A DNA stretch of 64,000 nt from a virus. The first letter of the stretch is position 1; each line of letters opens with the position of its first letter. Below are positions 16,450 through 24,500 of the stretch, piece after piece. Under the pieces are notes generated by a model, which did no database searches, had not been told where the DNA came from, and saw nothing but the letters and a program-made list of their open reading frames with translations. Location: IMG/VR virus record IMGVR_UViG_3300006903_000012. One strand, given 5' to 3'. The position numbers were made by a program, and so were the translations under genes.

Positions 16450-16878
16450 TTATCTCCTTCTTTGCTTTTTAGTTGGTTGTTGATATAGTCGGACGCCTGT
16501 AATAACACATACACAACCAATAAACAACATGCCAAATGATTCCAAATATAAAATCGTCGGCACATAAAATTGCATCGTATGAGCCATCCAATAATTTAGA
16601 ATCAAAGTTAGCCCACAACCTAGAATTAAACTGCCACCAGTTGTTAACAACCAAGCCGCTTCACCTTTGGAGTGTACTGACAATCCTAAATAACCAAAGA
16701 CACCGCAGACGAATACAAGTCCTAAGATAATTAGCATCCATGATTGAATATTAGGAACCGATTTAGCAAATGCTGCTGATAGAATTAGATGATAATTTAG
16801 CAATCCCATCGCTGACCAAAATAAAACAACTTGAATGGCTGTTAATCCAGCACCAAAAATTAGTCTGATTAATTTCAC
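16450..16878 (-). CDS. polytopic membrane protein
   Basis: 142 aa with about 4 hydrophobic helices and a basic C-terminus. Confidence 0.55.
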   Translation of the reverse strand: MKLIRLIFGAGLTAIQVVLFWSAMGLLNYHLILSAAFAKSVPNIQSWMLIILGLVFVCGVFGYLGLSVHSKGEAAWLLTTGGSLILGCGLTLILNYWMAHTMQFYVPTILYLESFGMLFIGCVCVITGVRLYQQPTKKQRRR

Positions 16879-16973
16879 TTCTTCTGCTCTCGTACCCCAA
16901 CTAAAAAGTTATCTATGTTTAGATTTATGCTATCCCTATAGATTTATCTGATCTGACCAATTAAGATAACCAG

Positions 16974-17390
16974 TTAACTATCAGTCTCCAATGTACAGTT
17001 TATTGAAAATCCACCATAACATCCATTGTGCTCATTATGGTTTGCCATTGTAAATTCGCCCTTGCTAGTTTTAATAACTAAAAATTGAACTTCATGCTCG
17101 CCATCTTCATCTTGTATATTAGGTGCATCTTTAACTTCTCCGTCCATCAATTCGGCACCAACAAAATAACTTAACTCATCGTCCGTTCGCATGTAGCGAT
17201 ATTCACAGCAAGATTGTCCATCATCATAGATCTTAAGTCTAGTCCCATCAACGAACTTGAAATGAAGAGCATCATCTTCTCCCAAAGAAAGCTCACTCAA
17301 CACTTTCCCGATACAAGATTTAAAAACCTCGACACTTTCTGAATTATCAGAAAGACGATTCAAAATAACTCCTATTCCTAATGATGACAT
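16974..17390 (-). CDS. hypothetical protein
   Basis: 138-aa ORF (GQSCCEYRYM...NHNEHNGCYGGF). Confidence 0.6.
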   Translation of the reverse strand: MSSLGIGVILNRLSDNSESVEVFKSCIGKVLSELSLGEDDALHFKFVDGTRLKIYDDGQSCCEYRYMRTDDELSYFVGAELMDGEVKDAPNIQDEDGEHEVQFLVIKTSKGEFTMANHNEHNGCYGGFSINCTLETDS

Positions 17391-17402
17391 TTTAGATTCT
17401 CC

Positions 17403-18140
17403 TTAGTTATATATTCTAATATCATCCTTTATTTTCTCTTCCATTCTGGCCCATTCAGCAATAGCTTGTGATACTTGAGCCACAGCATAAACTGTCTCTT
17501 CGCGACTCACTTCAATTGGCGAGTCTCCAAAGACTTTCGTTAAATGAACAACCAAATACCAGTGATAACCGTCCCCATCCACATCATCTAGGACCTTTGA
17601 GAATTGAACAAAGAATCTCTCAAAAAGTTCTTTCGTTTGGAGCATTACGAATCGGGCCATATTTTCGATTCGCTCATCATCACTATGCTCGAACCAGACA
17701 CTCGGCCAACTACTACTGTGGTGACCGACACCAGAGCAAGATGCGATTGTCGCAAACCCAACTGTATTCAACGCATCACACAAAGGAATAATCTCGGGAT
17801 CTAACTTCTCAGAATAATCTGGATTATCTCGAACTTTGTAATAGCTTGTTAATGCCTTCAAGTTCTCTCCTTGTATATTCTTAGTATCACTTTCTTGCCA
17901 TACTAACGCAGGTGGTATATTGTCTTCAATGCACTTTGCAATGGCCACTGAAAGTCCACGAATAATTCCGATAGCATCTTGTTGATTCATCAACCAACCA
18001 CGAGGTTCACCATTAGATTGAGTAATAATTAAATGAATACGATCACTTAGATCTTCATTCACAATAGGATTGACATGATACAGAACTTCAATCGTAGCAC
18101 CATTTCCCCATGTCTCAATATAGAGTTGCTTAAATTCCAT
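17403..18140 (-). CDS. hypothetical protein
   Basis: 245-aa ORF. Confidence 0.6.
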   Translation of the reverse strand: MEFKQLYIETWGNGATIEVLYHVNPIVNEDLSDRIHLIITQSNGEPRGWLMNQQDAIGIIRGLSVAIAKCIEDNIPPALVWQESDTKNIQGENLKALTSYYKVRDNPDYSEKLDPEIIPLCDALNTVGFATIASCSGVGHHSSSWPSVWFEHSDDERIENMARFVMLQTKELFERFFVQFSKVLDDVDGDGYHWYLVVHLTKVFGDSPIEVSREETVYAVAQVSQAIAEWARMEEKIKDDIRIYN

Positions 18141-18245
18141 GTTTTCCTTAGTTAAATTCTCTCATCATATATTTTCAATGTCTCTTTCCCAGCCAATTCA
18201 ACTACTCTTTGTTTCTCCTTTATCTATCAAAAGTTTTTCTATTTC

Positions 18246-18537
18246 TTATGGGAAAGTTGTATCTAAAATTACATGCCCGTAGTCTTCATCTCGATATAGA
18301 TAATGACCATCTGTAATATAGTCAGCGCCGTAAGACATTTTTAATGAATCTGCCTTTCTTATCTCGGCGTCCTTTTGATCTAACTTGTCCGCCCAGAGAC
18401 TGAAGATGTATACCTTGTTCTTGTAATCCTATATAAGAAAATACTTTTCGATTTTCTGCATCGATTGAACATATCCAATCCTTACCTCATAGTTCGACAC
18501 CTAAAGATTTAAATAAATGCGGATACTTTGTAGTCAT
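18246..18537 (-). pseudogene. disrupted small gene (in-frame TGA plus one frameshift)
   Basis: Hand translation. MTTKYPHLFKSLGVEL-TGA-GKDWICSIDAENRKVFSYI continues after a frame change as YKNKVYIFSLWADKLDQKDAEIRKADSLKMSYGADYITDGHYLYRDEDYGHVILDTTFP. Confidence 0.4.
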
Positions 18538-18561
18538 TTTTCAATCCACAACACAATATTA

Positions 18562-18921
18562 TCATTTGTTAATCTTCGTCTGTCTAAGCTCTTCGAATAT
18601 TTGTTCAGGTGTCATCTGTAATCCGCGCTGCACTTCTTTGTCGAAGCCAGCCATAATACTTGAAATATCATCTTCCGGTAACTGATCCTTGATACCACCT
18701 AATAATTGCTGAACCAAATCCCGTTGATGATGTAATTCCCACTGAGTCAGTGCCCAGACTTTTGGATCAGTGTCGAATCCCTTTAGCAGTAAAACTAGAT
18801 CATGTTCCAAATGGCCTAGAAAGCCGACATTCTTATATTTTTGTTCAAGCCATGGTTCAATAACTTTACAGCACCAACTGGCTATTCGTGCTTCATTGCT
18901 TTTCATTTTGAATTTTCTCAA
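18562..18921 (-). CDS. hypothetical protein
   Basis: 119-aa ORF. The start may be the internal ATG at 18906. Confidence 0.55.
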   Translation of the reverse strand: MRKFKMKSNEARIASWCCKVIEPWLEQKYKNVGFLGHLEHDLVLLLKGFDTDPKVWALTQWELHHQRDLVQQLLGGIKDQLPEDDISSIMAGFDKEVQRGLQMTPEQIFEELRQTKINK

Positions 18922-19348
18922 TCACTCGCAACCCTCTCGAAACTTTAGGATCCCGAATTAGATAACCATACTCGACTAATTTATTTAGATTGTAATTAAC
19001 GACTGATGTTGATGAGATACCCGCCTTCTTTCCAATCTCACGGATGGTCGGCGGATACCCAACTGCTTGAACTTGATCTGTAATGAAAGACAGAATAGTT
19101 TGCTGCCGCTGAGACAACTTAATATAAACTGGCAACTTATCTACAACTTCAAAGACTCTAACTTGACATTGAAAGTATAATTTGCGGCCGCAGCGGCATG
19201 TAGTCGGATCATTTCTATCAGAATGTAAAACAAAAACCCAACCCATATACTCTTGGCCGCAAACGCACTTTGTAAGTGGCAATGAATCACCATCATTTAG
19301 ATCACAACGAATAGATTTTGTTACATCTTTATCCACTATTACTTCCAT
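18893..19348 (-). CDS. Zn-finger plus LexA-type winged-helix DNA-binding domain protein (no S24 peptidase domain)
   Basis: The C-terminus LSQRQQTILSFITDQVQAVGYPPTIREIGKKAGISSTSVVNYNLNKLVEYGYLIRDPKVSRGLRVI matches the LexA N-terminal DNA-binding domain pattern. The N-terminus has CxC...CxC cysteines. Confidence 0.6.
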   Translation of the reverse strand: MEVIVDKDVTKSIRCDLNDGDSLPLTKCVCGQEYMGWVFVLHSDRNDPTTCRCGRKLYFQCQVRVFEVVDKLPVYIKLSQRQQTILSFITDQVQAVGYPPTIREIGKKAGISSTSVVNYNLNKLVEYGYLIRDPKVSRGLRVIEKIQNEKQ

Positions 19349-19542
19349 GGATTTGTCCTTTGAATAACTGCTACTCGGATTCCAAAAACATAGACAAATG
19401 TATAACCAATCGCATGACTTTCGATACCTAAAATAGGATTAGCTGACCTAACATTTATTGCTGCTAACGGCGTCAGAATAAATCTAAAGTCAATATGCGT
19501 CTTGAGCCAATTCGTAAGCATACTTTTACTCCTAGGACTCAT
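19339..19542 (-). CDS. hypothetical protein
   Basis: 67-aa ORF overlapping both neighbours by about 10 nt. Confidence 0.4.
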   Translation of the reverse strand: MSPRSKSMLTNWLKTHIDFRFILTPLAAINVRSANPILGIESHAIGYTFVYVFGIRVAVIQRTNPWK

Positions 19543-19732
19543 CTATATTAGTTGGGCGATATTCAATTTTAGGTCCCGGCGTATAATCCTCAACTTCTGC
19601 GCCACACCAAGGACATTTAGAATCATCCAGCCAATTTTCTGGACCCGACCAATCACATGAACTACAGATTTTCAACTCATCTTTCACTTTGCTGCTCCTT
19701 GTTGAATAATCTTCCAACCACATCGAGTACAA
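19532..19732 (-). CDS. small Zn-ribbon protein
   Basis: CSSCDW...CPWCG. The track start is a TTG; the ATG at 19723 is an alternative. Confidence 0.5.
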   Translation of the reverse strand: MYSMWLEDYSTRSSKVKDELKICSSCDWSGPENWLDDSKCPWCGAEVEDYTPGPKIEYRPTNIDES

Positions 19733-19813
19733 ATTATTTTCAAGTTCGGATTAATTTTGAAGACATAAGCTAAAGATTCTGCTGACCAGTCCCACACAAA
19801 ATAAAAGACTCGA

Positions 19814-20227
19814 TTACAGTCCGGACATTGACGGTACATACGGATTATACTTCTCTGAGTTTTTGAAAATATTTGAGATTACCAATTGATCTAATCCAGT
19901 TTCTTTACAAAGTTTATCCAGCATAAATTTCTCCGGATCAGTTGTCATTCTCAACTCATATTCACAAATGAAAACTTTTCTAGCTGTTCTGTCTTTGAAG
20001 TAAAATGACCACTCATAAGTTCGGGATACATGATTATAAGAATTTATTACATAATCGTAACTATTCAGTGTAGATTCAGGTTGATTTTCTGTAACTACTT
20101 TATTAGAACCTAGTTTATTTAGTGGTCCGCCACAGTAAATACACGGACCTACATACGCATAAGGTAGTCGCTGACCACAAAAACTACAAACCTCAAAATA
20201 AGTGTAATCATCCTTTAGTAAATACAT
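19814..20227 (-). CDS. hypothetical Zn-ribbon protein
   Basis: CSFCGQ...CIYCG near the N-terminus. Confidence 0.55.
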   Translation of the reverse strand: MYLLKDDYTYFEVCSFCGQRLPYAYVGPCIYCGGPLNKLGSNKVVTENQPESTLNSYDYVINSYNHVSRTYEWSFYFKDRTARKVFICEYELRMTTDPEKFMLDKLCKETGLDQLVISNIFKNSEKYNPYVPSMSGL

Positions 20228-20612
20228 ATCTCAATTGTTCTGATAGATATTTGCTCATCCACTTTTCACCATTCTCCTGTTCTAACCATCGCACTTTTCT
20301 TTTATATCTTGTCGCATGCTCAATCTCACTTCTAGTACTCGAGCCAATATAACCGTCAACATTTAGAACTAAAATTTCATCAGCCAATTCAATTTTCTTT
20401 TTGTGTAACTCATCTAATTTAGATTTAATACCATCGAGTTCAGACTCTGAAAGATGATTAAATAATTCAACATCAGATTTTAGATCACAACCAATTGACA
20501 AAACTATTCTGCCCGCTAAAGTCTCATCAAAGTTTGCCTTGCGAAAGGCATCGAAAAATCTTGTCGATCCACAAAGACACACAATTATCGGTCTATCACT
20601 CATTCCGGCCAC
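20208..20612 (-). CDS. Rossmann-like protein (nucleoside 2-deoxyribosyltransferase-like fold candidate)
   Basis: IIVCLCGSTRF...LVLNVDGYIGSSTRSEIEHA pattern. Confidence 0.4.
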   Translation of the reverse strand: MAGMSDRPIIVCLCGSTRFFDAFRKANFDETLAGRIVLSIGCDLKSDVELFNHLSESELDGIKSKLDELHKKKIELADEILVLNVDGYIGSSTRSEIEHATRYKRKVRWLEQENGEKWMSKYLSEQLRYVFTKG

Positions 20613-20902
20613 CCTCCTCCTGCATGTGTAATTTTTCTATCTGTCTTAATCTTTGTCCAATATCGAAGCCCGATCTGACCAATCTTACCAACCGGCCAGC
20701 AAATTAAAACAAGTCCAACAAATACGGGCCACATTGTACTAACAATCAGACTAAATAAACCTGATGAGATGATACTTATAAAATTAGATGAACCGAATTG
20801 TCGAGTAAACCAAACTGAAAAGAAAATAACTGAGACAATATAACCGCCTAGATAAAAGAAACTCCAACTAATCATTTCTTCTCCTTCTTTATTCTCACAC
20901 AC
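20600..20902 (-). CDS. small membrane protein
   Basis: 100 aa with 3 hydrophobic helices. Confidence 0.5.
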   Translation of the reverse strand: MCENKEGEEMISWSFFYLGGYIVSVIFFSVWFTRQFGSSNFISIISSGLFSLIVSTMWPVFVGLVLICWPVGKIGQIGLRYWTKIKTDRKITHAGGGWPE

Positions 20903-21255
20903 TTAACTGGCACATTTTGCTTCTTAGCTCGTCGACACATATCTGCTGTTCCCTTCCCACCAGGAAACGCAATAACAAAATCTGGTTGGCCTTCATCTAA
21001 CATTCGCTGATTACGAATTGCTCCGGCAGCTAATTTATATTTATTCCAATCGGCCGGATACAGTTGTCGATCAATCCCCAATCTTTTAGCTTCTTGATCG
21101 TACAAAGTATCAGCCCCGCGAGCGGCCCCGTGAATGATTAATAAATTTGAATATCGTTTCTTCAGAACTAGCATTACTCGCCGAACTAATTTCGTATCAT
21201 CAAAATCACGACCGCCACAACAAAGAACAATTACTTGTTTAGTCTGTTTTCCCAT
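20872..21255 (-). CDS. SLOG-superfamily protein (DUF2493-like)
   Basis: VIVLCCGGRDFDD...LIIHGAARGADTL...AFPGGKGTADM matches the DUF2493/YpsA-like Rossmann pattern. Confidence 0.6.
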   Translation of the reverse strand: MGKQTKQVIVLCCGGRDFDDTKLVRRVMLVLKKRYSNLLIIHGAARGADTLYDQEAKRLGIDRQLYPADWNKYKLAAGAIRNQRMLDEGQPDFVIAFPGGKGTADMCRRAKKQNVPVKCVRIKKEKK

Positions 21256-21260
21256 AAAGA

Positions 21261-21488
21261 CTACTTGCTGTTCTTTTTAATAAAAGTTTCTAGCTTCCTC
21301 TGCATTAACTTCGAACACTTAAGAAGTTTCTTAGCAATTCTCAAAAGCTCCTTCTTATCATCACCGAAACCACCAAAACTTTTAATTCTGTCTTTTGGTG
21401 TACCTTTACCTAAAGCATCAGCTGGACTTTTTGGTCCGTAGGCAATCTCCCACAACTCTTCTCCTGGAGTCTGCTTTATTGTTGCCAT
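21261..21488 (-). CDS. hypothetical protein
   Basis: 75-aa ORF. Confidence 0.5.
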   Translation of the reverse strand: MATIKQTPGEELWEIAYGPKSPADALGKGTPKDRIKSFGGFGDDKKELLRIAKKLLKCSKLMQRKLETFIKKNSK

Positions 21489-21489
21489 T

Positions 21490-21690
21490 TTATTTAGTCT
21501 CCTTCATATAATTATTAGGGTCGATACGCCTTTCTATCTCGGACACCAAATCCAAGTATTGTTTTCTATAATACTGCGACATATTTAAAACTCCAAAAGA
21601 TTCAACAATAATAAGTACAGTCAACATAAGAACTTTCCACATGCGAAATTGTAATTGAAACTTAAAATCGAATCTTGGATCCCATAGCAT
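21490..21690 (-). CDS. hypothetical small membrane protein
   Basis: 66-aa ORF with one hydrophobic helix. Confidence 0.45.
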   Translation of the reverse strand: MLWDPRFDFKFQLQFRMWKVLMLTVLIIVESFGVLNMSQYYRKQYLDLVSEIERRIDPNNYMKETK

Positions 21691-21923
21691 TAAAATAACT
21701 CCAAATCTTCAGCCGAACGCTGACACATGGCTGCCACATCGACTAACTCTGCCAACAATTTCTTTAGATTCCGCTTCTTAGTTTTCTTCCACACTTCTAA
21801 TTTAACTTCGTCTAGCTCTTCAAGAATATTTGCATAGGCATCATGTGGTGAACTAATTTGTCGGGCATGTTTCTTTCTGGCTGATTTCAGTTTCTTTGAA
21901 ACGAGTTCTTGAAAATTAGACAT
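21690..21923 (-). CDS. small helical protein, possibly MazG-like
   Basis: SPHDAYANILEELDEVKLEVWKK...ELVDVAAMC resembles the MazG-type helix pair. Confidence 0.4.
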   Translation of the reverse strand: MSNFQELVSKKLKSARKKHARQISSPHDAYANILEELDEVKLEVWKKTKKRNLKKLLAELVDVAAMCQRSAEDLELF

Positions 21924-22067
21924 AGTTGATTCTCCTATTTTCTAATAAATAAAATCGAATCTCTTCTACTGATTAACAATTCCCGCGAGTTGTTTACACA
22001 TTTCCCTTATGCCAAGATGTTGATATTCAGTTGTAGCAGTAGCCGTTAATGTTCGAAGAGATTCGAA

Positions 22068-22141
22068 AGCACCAAGCGGGACTCGAACCCACAATCTACA
22101 AATTAGAAGTTTGTCGATCTATCCAGTTGATCTATTGGTGC
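22068..22141 (-). tRNA. tRNA-Arg (anticodon UCU)
   Basis: Hand-folded cloverleaf: acceptor GCACCAA/UUGGUGC, D arm GAUC-AACUGGAUA-GAUC, anticodon arm ACAAA-CUUCUAA-UUUGU, T arm GUGGG-UUCGAGU-CCCGC. 74 nt. Confidence 0.85.
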
Positions 22142-22147
22142 GACAAA

Positions 22148-22223
22148 TAGGCTCGGTGAGATTCGAACTCACATGTAACCATTACCATTTCTGCACGTTA
22201 TAAGCATGAGTGGATACGAGCCT
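22148..22223 (-). tRNA. non-canonical tRNA-like gene (possible anticodon UAU)
   Basis: Perfect 7-bp acceptor AGGCUCG/CGAGCCU and canonical T arm GUGAG-UUCGAAU-CUCAC, 76 nt, lying 6 nt from tRNA-Arg. The only CU-NNN-AA loop (CUUAUAA, 4-bp stem) sits where the D arm should be, and I could not fold a D arm. Confidence 0.35.
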
Positions 22224-22232
22224 ATGACTAAT

Positions 22233-22469
22233 TTACGGATTCTTCACTTCACCACTAATAAATTTCTTGTAAGTTTCACGGAAATGCTCAACTTGTCCTT
22301 TTAATGATGAGTTGTAAAACATTCCTGAACCATGCCAATAATGAGACACCCACCAATCGTTTTCTTTCTCAATAAATCCAATACAGACATTATCTACATA
22401 AACAAGATAGAAATCGTTCTTAATTTTACGCTTCCAAAGTCCTTTTCTGCGTTTCATTTTTTTCTCCAA
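22233..22469 (-). CDS. hypothetical protein
   Basis: 78-aa ORF between tRNA-like elements. Confidence 0.5.
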   Translation of the reverse strand: MEKKMKRRKGLWKRKIKNDFYLVYVDNVCIGFIEKENDWWVSHYWHGSGMFYNSSLKGQVEHFRETYKKFISGEVKNP

Positions 22470-22525
22470 AACTTTACAATTAATTCTATTATGCCAGTTA
22501 CACTGTCCGGCTCGGCTTCCCTTTT

Positions 22526-22785
22526 TACAGATCGTGAGGGTTGAACTCGCAAGTTAGTAAACAAATCAAACTAACAAGGACACCAATTGACACTGTCTGA
22601 TCTGCCCAATGACACGTATCTCAGCCTATCTCCTACAGTCGCAGAGTAGACAATTGATACTCTTCAAAGATGTGTCACTTGTTGACTGGCTGACAGGTCA
22701 TAAACTGACTCGAACAGTTCTGCTCTCCGCATGAGGACGGCGCATTCTACCCGATATGCTATCTACCTGTGCCAATTTCTCAGCC
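22526..22785 (-). ncRNA. three tandem tRNA-sized modules with partial tRNA features
   Basis: 22526-22605: 7-bp acceptor GCAGAUC/GAUCUGU, D arm, T-like arm GCGAG-UUCAACC-CUCAC, but an 11-nt anticodon loop. 22609-22678: 7-bp acceptor GUGACAC/GUGUCAU and no T loop. 22688-22785: D arm GCAU-AUCGGGUAGA-AUGC and T arm AACUG-UUCGAGU-CAGUU at canonical spacing, with a CAU-containing loop but poor anticodon and acceptor stems. Confidence 0.3.
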
Positions 22786-22798
22786 GATGCTTTCTTAC

Positions 22799-23062
22799 TT
22801 AATTCTCAAACTTGAATGGCTCCCGATAATATCGCCATTCAATAAACCCTTCCGAACGGCAATGAGCTGCAAAACTAGAAGAGTAGAGTTTCTGTTGAAT
22901 CTCTACAAATGTCTCACCAGCCCACAAAACAATCGGTGCTGGTCTGTTTGGCCGATAACCTAGAATTTGATGCCTAGTTTTTGAACAAGGATAAACAGGC
23001 TTTTCAGACATTCGGGCACCAGGCCGATCACGTCCTTCAACAATAATATCTGTTGTCTTCAT
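22799..23062 (-). CDS. hypothetical protein
   Basis: ORF trimmed to the ATG at 23062 (MKTTDIIVEG...). Confidence 0.45.
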   Translation of the reverse strand: MKTTDIIVEGRDRPGARMSEKPVYPCSKTRHQILGYRPNRPAPIVLWAGETFVEIQQKLYSSSFAAHCRSEGFIEWRYYREPFKFEN

Positions 23063-23183
23063 TCTAATCACCGACAACAATGACACTGACCACAATGGCT
23101 CGAATTCTTAATATGCAGTTGAGCTAACCAGCAGGGATTACACATCTTACTAAATAATAGTCTGAGATATTTCATTGTCTCTC

Positions 23184-24302
23184 CTAGAGTTGCCGCAAAT
23201 ATTTTTGACTAACCCACTCATTGCCGTCGGGACTGATACATGCCCAACCATTACAAGTACAAGTTACAAAAACTTTAGCACCTAAAACCAATTGCCGGAC
23301 TTTTGGTGGCTCAACTTTACCTGACCAAGGATGTGCTCGAACATTTAGAATTCCTGCATTAGTAACTTGTGCGTTATAAAATAACGCCGGGGCAGGTGTT
23401 GGGGAAACAACTTGTAACTGTTTATCATACTCAATAATCAAATCCGTTAAACCTGTTCCTTCGACATTATGTTCAAACCATCCATTTCCAAAAGTGAAGA
23501 TAGCCGCCCCTAACACATAAGAATCTTGCCGAAGTCCAGCATCATAATGCTTCAACATCTCATCTAAATAACGTCTGGGATTACCACCAAATTGAGTGCG
23601 CCAGGGTCGACCGTTAACAATCGAATCTGCCCCACATTCAGTTACTGCAAATTTAAGTTCTTGCAGTCCAGCCGAAATACAATATTCTCGCGCCCAACGA
23701 TATCTAAAAAATAACCACGAGTCCCATTTAGAAAAATCAAGATTACTGTACTCATGTAATCCTAAACAACCACCAGTAATTTTTGCTTCAAACAATGCTG
23801 GCCCAAATGCTCGCCAATATGCCAACCGATCTTCAGTCGGCAGATCAGGCGCTCCTGCTGAAAAATTACCGACAACTGATTTTCGATTATAAGTTGTCGA
23901 AAGAATCCTGATTCGCTCAGCTTCAAATCGAGCGTACCACCGCATCGCTTCTAAATTTTCAGGATGCGGTTCGTTGGGACCTTCCCATGCATCAATATCT
24001 GGATTATTTCGGACCTGATTAGCAAGATACCTATCAAAATAAATCCGAGCATATTCTATTGGATCTGTATTTCGATATAATGGATTTGGATCAAAGTCAG
24101 ATTCAAACGCGCGGCCGATTCGAAATGGTCGCCTGGGCATAGAATCAAACTCTGAGGCTAATTGAAAATCATCAAGAAACTTAACGATTGGTGAATTAGT
24201 AATAGTCACCAGTTTTTTAGCATCATTACTACTTCTAATCACATGCGCACATAATTTAGTCGTCAAATTCTGCTGCCTCCTCACACTCGGTACATACTTC
24301 AT
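23184..24302 (-). CDS. glycoside hydrolase (TIM-barrel, NEP/TE-G catalytic pattern) with C-terminal SH3b domain; putative endolysin
   Basis: WEGPNEPH and VTECGAD resemble clan GH-A acid/base and nucleophile motifs. The C-terminal ILNVRAHPWSGK...GAKVFV...NGWACISPDGNEWVSQKYL resembles a bacterial SH3 domain. Confidence 0.55.
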   Translation of the reverse strand: MKYVPSVRRQQNLTTKLCAHVIRSSNDAKKLVTITNSPIVKFLDDFQLASEFDSMPRRPFRIGRAFESDFDPNPLYRNTDPIEYARIYFDRYLANQVRNNPDIDAWEGPNEPHPENLEAMRWYARFEAERIRILSTTYNRKSVVGNFSAGAPDLPTEDRLAYWRAFGPALFEAKITGGCLGLHEYSNLDFSKWDSWLFFRYRWAREYCISAGLQELKFAVTECGADSIVNGRPWRTQFGGNPRRYLDEMLKHYDAGLRQDSYVLGAAIFTFGNGWFEHNVEGTGLTDLIIEYDKQLQVVSPTPAPALFYNAQVTNAGILNVRAHPWSGKVEPPKVRQLVLGAKVFVTCTCNGWACISPDGNEWVSQKYLRQL

Positions 24303-24500
24303 CTAAACTAACTATATGAATACAATAGCCATCGTCTTTAGCCACAACTCGTGGACGATCAGAATCGTCCAATATCCATTTCTTTTTAGTTGCTTGCTTC
24401 TTCTGTGACAATCCCAACTACTTCTCCTTCAGAAAGTATATAAGTCGTGCCATCGATAGCAACTGAATCTGTTTCGTCTCCAAAAACTTCTTCACTTATC

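Noticed and set aside
18487-18489. The in-frame TGA as evidence for stop-codon reassignment (alternative genetic code).
   Set aside because: All long genes in the window, including a 1689-codon ORF, are intact in the standard code. TGA is also used as a normal terminator at many tightly coupled junctions (ATGA overlaps). The isolated case also needs a frameshift, so a pseudogene is the simpler reading.
22041-22067. A third tRNA immediately 3' of tRNA-Arg, suggested by TTCGAA motifs.
   Set aside because: The sequence is only a 6-bp self-complementary hairpin (UUCGAA-UCUC-UUCGAA) with no acceptor, D or anticodon arms. It is probably a processing or terminator hairpin.
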